This document shows positions 57,918-64,000 of a stretch of 64,000 nucleotides of DNA, in pieces. The notes beneath the pieces were generated by a model. The model was not told where the DNA came from and did not search any database. It saw only the letters and a list, made by a program, of their open reading frames with translations. How positions within the stretch are numbered: the first letter of the stretch is position 1; every line of letters starts with the position of its first letter. Position numbers and translations under genes: made by a program. This DNA comes from Eubacteriales bacterium (lineage in GTDB: Bacteria; Bacillota; Clostridia; Oscillospirales; CAG-272), in assembly GCA_045542035.1 (NCBI GenBank), contig JAZQKG010000037.1, forward strand, positions 66 to 64,065, written 5' to 3'.

Positions 57918-58769
57918 ATGGCTAAGTATAATGTTTTCGATAAATATGATGTGCAAAAACAAACAGAACTTCTTGTTCAAGTGTTGTCCGTAGAACCGCC
58001 TTACAAATCCATAGAATTTGACTACGGCTTGTATTCACACTTTGGGTTTGTAGAAAATCTTTGCATTGATTCATATTGCGAGAGTTGTGACAATGAAAAA
58101 ACTTTTAGTGCAGAAGTAAAAGACTGTTTTCAGCTTCTGATGACAGAAAATTTTAAAGTTAACGGAGGCCCTCCAGGACTTCGCAGACCTTCCCCGAATG
58201 AATTTTATAAAGATAAGGAATATTTTATAAACATATCGCTTCGTTGCGCAAAATGCGGAGAAACGCACTACTTCTCCCTACTGTTCAAAGGAAACACGAT
58301 TACAAAAATTGGACAATATCCCTCTTATTCAAAAGGAGAAGCGTGGAAATTAAAGAAATATAAAAATCTAATATCAAAGTATTATCCAGAACTAACAAAA
58401 TCATTAAACGCATATTCTCAAGGCATGGGTGTTGCAGCGTTCACTTATCTTAGGCGCATTTTAGAATATCTAATTGAAAGCAAGTTTAATGGGGATTCAG
58501 CGTGGAAGTTTATTGAGAAATTAAAGGAAGTTGAAAAGAACGAAACAATCATTCCTCCAGAACTGTCTTGTGTGAAAGAAGAAATATATTCTGTTTTAAG
58601 CAAAGGGATTCATGAGTATGAAGAAGCAGAGTGCATGGAGATTTATTTGTCTGTAAAATACGTTATAGAAAGAATGCTTGATTTGGAGTTGGAAAAAAAG
58701 GATCGCAATAAAAAAGCAAAACAAGCAATTGCAGCTATACAAGGAAAGCTTCAAAGCAAGAAAAAATGA
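57918..58769 (+). CDS. Zn-ribbon N-domain plus DUF4145-like helical C-domain protein (defence-associated, function unknown)
   Basis: CIDSYCESC ... CAKCGETH gives four Cys ligands. The C-terminal GMGVAAFTYLRRILEYLIE ... IYSVLSKGIHEYEE resembles the DUF4145 pattern (from memory). It has its own promoter and terminator. Confidence 0.6.
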   Translation: MAKYNVFDKYDVQKQTELLVQVLSVEPPYKSIEFDYGLYSHFGFVENLCIDSYCESCDNEKTFSAEVKDCFQLLMTENFKVNGGPPGLRRPSPNEFYKDKEYFINISLRCAKCGETHYFSLLFKGNTITKIGQYPSYSKGEAWKLKKYKNLISKYYPELTKSLNAYSQGMGVAAFTYLRRILEYLIESKFNGDSAWKFIEKLKEVEKNETIIPPELSCVKEEIYSVLSKGIHEYEEAECMEIYLSVKYVIERMLDLELEKKDRNKKAKQAIAAIQGKLQSKKK

Positions 58770-58784
58770 TGAAACATACCCAGC

Positions 58785-58819
58785 AAAACAGCCGAGTTTA
58801 GAAAAATCGGCTGTTTTTT
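58785..58819 (+). terminator. Terminator of the DUF4145-like gene
   Basis: aaaacagccga / tcggctgtttt stem running into a T-run. Confidence 0.75.
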
Positions 58820-58850
58820 ATTTATAATAACATTTTTTCCTTTGACTCTA

Positions 58851-58878
58851 TTGACATTACAGAAATTTGTAGTATAAT
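58851..58878 (+). promoter_or_regulatory. Promoter of the wHTH-RM-S-HEPN operon
   Basis: TTGACA (58851-58856), a 16-nt spacer, then TATAAT (58873-58878). Confidence 0.6.
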
Positions 58879-58936
58879 ATATGTATATAATGTTATAAAT
58901 TACTACATAATTATGTAATTATAAGGAGGTGCTTCT

Positions 58937-59233
58937 ATGGTTGAAAATTCAATAAAAGTCTTTGCTTCCGAGGAGTACTTCTTGCTGTTTTGGCTATCGG
59001 AAAACATTACCAAAAGCAGCAAAAAAATGTCTGTAAGATTTTCGCAGTCTGAAATAGCCGAAGAACTAAAGTGCAGTCCGACAACAATTAACAAACGAAT
59101 GCGTTTACTACAAGATGCAGATTGTATTGAGCTTGATGGCAAAAAAGGTTATACAATTACAGACAAAGGTAAAAATGTTATTAAAATAATGAAAAAAATA
59201 GAGAGTCTTGATGGAGGAAATCAAAATGACTGA
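58937..59233 (+). CDS. Small winged-helix DNA-binding protein (MarR/Crp-like wHTH)
   Basis: 98 aa. FSQSEIAEELKCSPTTINKRMRLLQDADCIELDGKKGYTITDKG is an HTH plus wing. AGGAGG RBS. Its stop overlaps the start of the next gene. Confidence 0.7.
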   Translation: MVENSIKVFASEEYFLLFWLSENITKSSKKMSVRFSQSEIAEELKCSPTTINKRMRLLQDADCIELDGKKGYTITDKGKNVIKIMKKIESLDGGNQND

Positions 59234-61244
59234 AAAGATTATTGTAATTCCCGAAGGCAAAATTTGCGACTACGTGGATGGTAAATTCAGACCTGACACA
59301 CCCGAAGAATATGTTCGTCAAACTATTGAAAAGCGCTTGGTGAATGAACATAAGTATCTCCCCAAACAGATCAAAATCGAATTTACTCTTCAGTTGGGTT
59401 CGCGTAAGCCTCGTGCTGATATTGTCATTTTTGATAAAGGGTGCACCGAGTTCACACAGGAGAATATTAGGATCATTATTGAATGTAAAAAAGAAACCGT
59501 AGAAGCTCGTAATGCAAAGGACGGTGTTGAGCAGCTGAAGTCGTATATGTCTGCGTGCCCGAACTGTGAATGGGGTATGTGGACTAACGGAAAGCAGAAA
59601 GAGGTGTTCCGCAAATTCGTTAACGATAAAGGTCAGATTGAATTCATGGATTATAATGATATTCCTTCTGCCGATGGCAACCTTGATGATGTTGACCGCC
59701 CCAAGAGAACTTCTCTCAAAAACGCATATGACGACAACCTCCTTTTTGTGTTCAAGACCTGCCATAATCATATTCATGTCAATGATGGTTTGCAAAAGCA
59801 GCCTGCGTTCTTTGAATTGCTTAAGGTTATTTTCTGCAAGATTGAGGACGAGCGTAATATCCCTTCTCCGTTGGAATTCTATACTACATCCAAAGAGCGT
59901 TCCAATCCCGATGGACAGTTAACGGTTAAAAAGCGTATTTCCAAGATTTTTGAGCGCGTAAAGAAAAAGCACGGCAAAATTTTTGACTCTAATGATGAGA
60001 TCAAACTTTCTCCGCGCAGCTTGGCGTATATTGTTAGCGAATTGCAGAAGTATAGCCTTCTCAATACCAATATCGATATTAAGGGCAAGGCATATGAGGA
60101 AATTGTAGGAGCAAATCTGCGTGGCGACCGTGGCGAATTCTTCACCCCTCGTAATGTGATGAAGATGGTCGTTGAAATGATCAATCCGAAGATGGAAGAA
60201 CGTGTGCTGGACAGCTCGTGCGGCACCGGCGGTTTCTTAGTTACCGCTATGACTCACGTTATCGCTCAATTGGAAGCAGATTTTTCCGAGCAACTTGGAT
60301 GCCCGAGAAAAGATTGGGATAATGATTCCATTCGTGCTTTCAATGATAAAATTTCCGAAATGGCAGCACAATACTATTACGGATTTGATATTAACCCCGA
60401 CCTTGTCAAAGCTACCAAAATGAACATGGTCATGAACAATGACGGTAGCGGTAATATTCTACAAACGAACTCACTCCTTCCTCCTCACGAGTGGTCGGAT
60501 GAATTCCGCACAAAGTTGGCAGAAGCTCTTGGTGTGGATAAGAGCGAAATTCGCAATCATAAGACGATTGAATTCTTCAATGTAATCGTAACAAATCCGC
60601 CTTTCGGCAGCAAAATTCCCGTAAAAGACAAGAATATTCTTGAACAGTTTGAACTCGCACATATTTGGGAGAATAATAAGAAAACAGGCGTATGGACTAT
60701 GACAGATCGTCTGCAATCATCTGTTCCTCCCGAAATTCTCTTCATTGAGCGTTGCACACAGCTCTTAGTTCCCGGCGGTAGAATGGGTATTGTTTTGCCT
60801 GACTCAATCCTTGGATCGCCTGGACTTGGATATATCCGCGAATGGCTCATCAAAAATCATCGTATTATCGGAAGCGTAGACCTTCATGTAGATACCTTCC
60901 AACCTCGTAATGGCACACAGACCTCCGTATTGTTCTTGCAGAAGAAAACACAAGAGCAAAAAGATGCCGAAGCCAAGAGTGGAACAATGGCTGATTATAA
61001 TATCTTTATGGCAATGGTAGAAAAAGTTGGTCATGATAAGCGTGGTAATCCTACTTTCAAACGCGATAAGGAAGGTAATGAAATACTCGTTCCCGACACT
61101 AATAGCGTTCTTGTTCTTGACGAAACAAGCGATGGTAGCACCACAGTTGCACACGAGCAGAAGAAAAAGGTAGAGGATGATCAGACTCCCGACGTTCCGG
61201 AGATTTTTGCGGAATGGAAAAAGCAGGAGGGCATTTCATGGTAA
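59226..61244 (+). CDS. Fused PD-(D/E)xK nuclease-like (HsdR N-terminal type) domain and gamma-class N6-adenine DNA methyltransferase (BcgI-A / Type IIB-like RM subunit)
   Basis: ADIVIFD (D at 59418) ... IIIECKK (E at 59481, K at 59487). FFTPRNV. Motif I DSSCGTGGF (60210-60236). Motif IV NPPFG (60594-60608). GGAGG lies 8 nt before the ATG at 59226. Confidence 0.8.
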   Translation: MTEKIIVIPEGKICDYVDGKFRPDTPEEYVRQTIEKRLVNEHKYLPKQIKIEFTLQLGSRKPRADIVIFDKGCTEFTQENIRIIIECKKETVEARNAKDGVEQLKSYMSACPNCEWGMWTNGKQKEVFRKFVNDKGQIEFMDYNDIPSADGNLDDVDRPKRTSLKNAYDDNLLFVFKTCHNHIHVNDGLQKQPAFFELLKVIFCKIEDERNIPSPLEFYTTSKERSNPDGQLTVKKRISKIFERVKKKHGKIFDSNDEIKLSPRSLAYIVSELQKYSLLNTNIDIKGKAYEEIVGANLRGDRGEFFTPRNVMKMVVEMINPKMEERVLDSSCGTGGFLVTAMTHVIAQLEADFSEQLGCPRKDWDNDSIRAFNDKISEMAAQYYYGFDINPDLVKATKMNMVMNNDGSGNILQTNSLLPPHEWSDEFRTKLAEALGVDKSEIRNHKTIEFFNVIVTNPPFGSKIPVKDKNILEQFELAHIWENNKKTGVWTMTDRLQSSVPPEILFIERCTQLLVPGGRMGIVLPDSILGSPGLGYIREWLIKNHRIIGSVDLHVDTFQPRNGTQTSVLFLQKKTQEQKDAEAKSGTMADYNIFMAMVEKVGHDKRGNPTFKRDKEGNEILVPDTNSVLVLDETSDGSTTVAHEQKKKVEDDQTPDVPEIFAEWKKQEGISW

Positions 61245-62707
61245 ACGGAAATTTAGCATATAAGCTGAACGACGCTTCGGGCGAAGAAGTCGTTGTAAAC
61301 GAAGCACCATTAAAATGGTGTTCGGTTACCTTGTCGGATGTTGTTTCGCGCGGCAAACGATTGGAAGCGAGCGTGTTTGATGTTGAAGCGAAACAAGCGC
61401 GCCAAATAATTTATAATGGAAAATATGATGTTACCACAGTTGGTGGAAATGATGGACTCACCTCATCATATACAGGCGCGCGCTTTAAGCGTGTTTGGGT
61501 AAAAACATCAGAATATCCCATATTCCAACCCTCATCCATCGTTGATATTAAACCCTCTCCTGATGGATATATTTCAAAACGCACCCAAACTAACATTGAC
61601 GCTTTGAGAGTTAAAGAAGGACAAGTCTTAATGACTTGCTCCGGAACGATTGGGAAACTTTCGTATGTATCAAAAACATTGGATAATACAATATTTAGCC
61701 ACGATTTGTTGAGAATTGATTGCAAAGAGCCAACAGACGCAGGATATTTGTATGCATATCTTAAAAGCAAAATCGGCAATAAAATTCTTCTTACCAACAG
61801 TTATGGCGCGGTTATTACACATATCGAACCTGAGCATTTAGCTACTGTTCCGATCCCTAATGCTCCTGCTACAATCAAAAGAAAAATCCATACTCTTATT
61901 GCAGAATCTTATCGCCTTCGCGATGAATCCAACGATTTGATCGACGAGGCAACGCGACTTTTGATAGAAGAACTTCATTTGCCTTCTGTGGATGAACTAA
62001 ATCCCGTTAGCAAAGCAGCCCCTGTTGAAACATTTAGCGTAAAATTGAGCCAAATGGCAGGTCGTGCAGATGCTTCGTATCATGTACCGATTGTTGATGG
62101 AATTGTTGCGTATTTAAAAGAGTATGCTGAAGAAGTAACCACAATCGGAGATAACCGTATAAGCAAAGAAGTAATACTTCCTGGACGCTTCAAAAGAATT
62201 TATGTTGATGAGGGCTTTGGTAGAGTATTTATTGGCGGCAAACAATTAGGAGAGTTAGATCCGAGCAACAAAAAATATCTCTCTCTTACACATCATGGAG
62301 AACGCATAGGTAAGCAGCTTGAATTACATGAGAATATGACACTTATTACCTGTAGTGGTACTATCGGAAAGGTGACATTAGTAGGTAAGCAATGGGAAAA
62401 TTGGACTGCTAATCAGCATATTATTCGTATCGTTCCTGCTGATGAAACCATTGCAGGATATATTAACATTTTCTTGTCTTCTGACTATGGACATGAGCTT
62501 ATTACGAGATACACCTACGGTTCTGTTGTAGATGAAATTGATGATAACCATGTTCGTCAAATTCCTATTCCTCTGCTAAAAAACAAAGAAATTCAAGCTC
62601 GCATCAACGAGTTGGCACTTCTGGCGAACCAAAAACGTTATGAGGCATATCTGCTTGAACAAAGAGCCTTGAAAGTGATGGATGACGAAGTCATCTATGC
62701 CAAGTGA
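61238..62707 (+). CDS. Restriction-modification specificity (HsdS-like) subunit with two target-recognition domains
   Basis: Two repeated halves, each beginning with a W/F-x-x-V-x-LS segment (WCSVTLSDVV and FSVKLSQMAG) and ending in a helical spacer (IKRKIHTLIAESYRLRDESNDLIDEATRLL and IQARINELALLANQKRYEAYLLEQRAL). The ATG overlaps the upstream stop. Confidence 0.8.
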   Translation: MVNGNLAYKLNDASGEEVVVNEAPLKWCSVTLSDVVSRGKRLEASVFDVEAKQARQIIYNGKYDVTTVGGNDGLTSSYTGARFKRVWVKTSEYPIFQPSSIVDIKPSPDGYISKRTQTNIDALRVKEGQVLMTCSGTIGKLSYVSKTLDNTIFSHDLLRIDCKEPTDAGYLYAYLKSKIGNKILLTNSYGAVITHIEPEHLATVPIPNAPATIKRKIHTLIAESYRLRDESNDLIDEATRLLIEELHLPSVDELNPVSKAAPVETFSVKLSQMAGRADASYHVPIVDGIVAYLKEYAEEVTTIGDNRISKEVILPGRFKRIYVDEGFGRVFIGGKQLGELDPSNKKYLSLTHHGERIGKQLELHENMTLITCSGTIGKVTLVGKQWENWTANQHIIRIVPADETIAGYINIFLSSDYGHELITRYTYGSVVDEIDDNHVRQIPIPLLKNKEIQARINELALLANQKRYEAYLLEQRALKVMDDEVIYAK

Positions 62708-62716
62708 GGTGGAATA

Positions 62717-63502
62717 ATGTCAAATTATAAAGATTGGATTAAAGCTGTAGATATACAGGTTGACTATTATTCCGCCTTTATGAAGGCGTGGATTGCGTTC
62801 AATGCATGGTATGAGAGCGGTGAAATTGAAGGCAAAACAGATAAAGACAAAATTGATTATATTGCCGATAAAACTAACAGATTTAAGACATATATTGAAA
62901 ACCTTTTGACATCCGAGGACACCGAAGGAATATCGTTTCGGGAAAGTGTTGGTAAGTTACATAATAGCCTTCTCAATGCCCCCATTACAACGCAGGAATA
63001 TGTTGGGGTAAGACAAGCTATATCCTTTTCTTCCGTTGCTATTAAGAACAAAAACAACCTAAATAAGTTTGAATATTGTACTATTCAATATAAGTGCGAA
63101 AGAGTACGCGGAAAGATTATTACGACTGTCAGCAAAAAAGCTACGGGTGTTGATCTGTTTAGATTTGAACAAGAAGAATACAACAAAGATGAATTAATCC
63201 AACAATCTACATTTTTAGCTTTAACGGCAACTCAACAGAACAAATGCGAAGAATGCTATAAAGCGCTTGAGCCATACATAATTGAAAGTATAATAGATCC
63301 GAACCCCGGAGATCATTCAAAAAAGATGGGAGCTTATAATTTCATTAGTGACACGTCTAAAATATGTTCAGCAATCGTAGTTATTCTATATTTGCTAAGA
63401 TGTGGTTTAGCTCACGGTGACGTGTCTCCAGATGAGGCTTCAAGTAAAGTGTATCGCTATGCTTATGAAGTTCTTGTTCCGCCATTAAAAAAATTAAAAT
63501 AA
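62717..63502 (+). CDS. Uncharacterised helical protein with a C-terminal Rx4H motif (candidate HEPN-like effector)
   Basis: 261 aa. R228-CGLA-H233 lies at 63398-63415 inside LYLLRCGLAHGD. GAGGTGG RBS, 9 nt after the S-subunit stop. Confidence 0.5.
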   Translation: MSNYKDWIKAVDIQVDYYSAFMKAWIAFNAWYESGEIEGKTDKDKIDYIADKTNRFKTYIENLLTSEDTEGISFRESVGKLHNSLLNAPITTQEYVGVRQAISFSSVAIKNKNNLNKFEYCTIQYKCERVRGKIITTVSKKATGVDLFRFEQEEYNKDELIQQSTFLALTATQQNKCEECYKALEPYIIESIIDPNPGDHSKKMGAYNFISDTSKICSAIVVILYLLRCGLAHGDVSPDEASSKVYRYAYEVLVPPLKKLK

Positions 63503-63560
63503 ACTCTGGACTTTGCGGAAGTTATGTGGTATTGTGTTGTGCTAACAGGAGGTGCGACCA

Positions 63561-63827
63561 ATGGAAAGCATAATCAAAGAATTGTGGCATGGCAATATTA
63601 TACCGCAAGAGGACAGCAGAACGAACTCGAAGGAGATGAAAGAGCTCCTTGGATACATGGCGCGTCATCACGAAGACCTCGAAAAGACCTTTACCGAGGA
63701 ACAGAAAGAAATCTTCGAGAAGTTCCACGACTGCTGGAGCGAGTACGCAAGTCTCGGTGAGTGTGCGATATTCTGCTACGCATTCAAGCTCGGTATGAGA
63801 ATCGCAATCGAAACGTTAACTAAATAA
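63561..63827 (+). CDS. Small conserved hypothetical protein of a type common in Firmicute conjugative elements
   Basis: MESIIKELWHGNIIPQE...FCYAFKLGMRIAIE with AGGAGG 8 nt upstream. GC content is visibly higher than in the preceding operon. The family assignment is from memory only. Confidence 0.55.
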   Translation: MESIIKELWHGNIIPQEDSRTNSKEMKELLGYMARHHEDLEKTFTEEQKEIFEKFHDCWSEYASLGECAIFCYAFKLGMRIAIETLTK

Positions 63828-63833
63828 GCGAGA

Positions 63834-63866
63834 GGGATAGGTTCGACCAAGAGTCTATCCCTTTTT
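63834..63866 (+). terminator. Rho-independent terminator
   Basis: gggatag / ctatccc stem followed by ttttt. Confidence 0.6.
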
Positions 63867-64000
63867 GTGTTCTTTTTCCAATGATAAAAATAGCCTTAAA
63901 TTTGCCTCGTGTCGAAAATAAGAGTCAACTAAGGCAAGTATCCCTCAAATAGTTTTCCAGGCGATTGTAGAGAGTTTTTGCCCCCGAAAATCCACCTTTT

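Noticed and set aside
59181-59795. A 204-aa minus-strand ORF opposite the 5' end of the RM gene.
   Set aside because: It is fully antisense to a motif-supported plus-strand gene, has a low-complexity composition and has no RBS. It is a shadow ORF.
1-64000. A scan for CRISPR arrays, tRNA or rRNA genes, and IS elements with terminal inverted repeats.
   Set aside because: No regularly spaced 25-40 nt repeats, no cloverleaf-like tRNA candidates, no rRNA-like stretches and no transposase-sized ORFs were seen.

Overview
This looks like a chromosomal segment from a moderately low-GC, spore-forming Firmicute. The class Clostridia is suggested by dpaAB, a pyrK/pyrD-type pyrimidine operon and a four-subunit 2-oxoacid:ferredoxin oxidoreductase. 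About 85% of the window is ordinary, densely packed housekeeping or metabolic DNA. This includes:
- an ABC exporter with a TetR regulator
- an OFOR operon with an unusual HTH-cupin-acyl-CoA synthetase fusion
- ispA
- a pyrC-carB-pyrK-pyrD-pyrF-pyrE-pyrB operon
- a U32 peptidase and dpaAB
- ribF-prmA-rsmE and greA-lysS
- parA-parB with two perfect parS palindromes
- a GH2 glycosidase with a GPH symporter
- a TauE/rhodanese/Cys-rich/ArsC cluster

No rRNA, tRNA, CRISPR array or intact transposase or integrase was seen.

The most interesting part is the right end (about 56.6-63.5 kb). It starts with a roughly 1.3 kb ORF-poor junction full of phased repeats, consensus promoters and terminators. A Zn-ribbon/DUF4145-like gene follows. 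Then comes a tightly coupled four-gene operon:
- a small winged-HTH protein
- a PD-(D/E)xK nuclease fused to an N6-adenine methyltransferase (BcgI/Type IIB-like)
- a two-TRD specificity subunit
- an uncharacterised protein with an Rx4H (HEPN-like) motif

After this operon the composition changes and a small gene follows that I associate, from memory, with conjugative elements.

Other points worth a second look:
- a Cys-rich gene split by an in-frame TGA directly abutting an ATG
- a PyrB with only the zinc domain of PyrI fused to its C-terminus
- an AT-rich patch after lysS carrying a 5'-truncated GntP permease
- a 940-bp ORF-free AT-rich tract upstream of parA

All functional calls come from reading motifs in the supplied translations. 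No database search was run.
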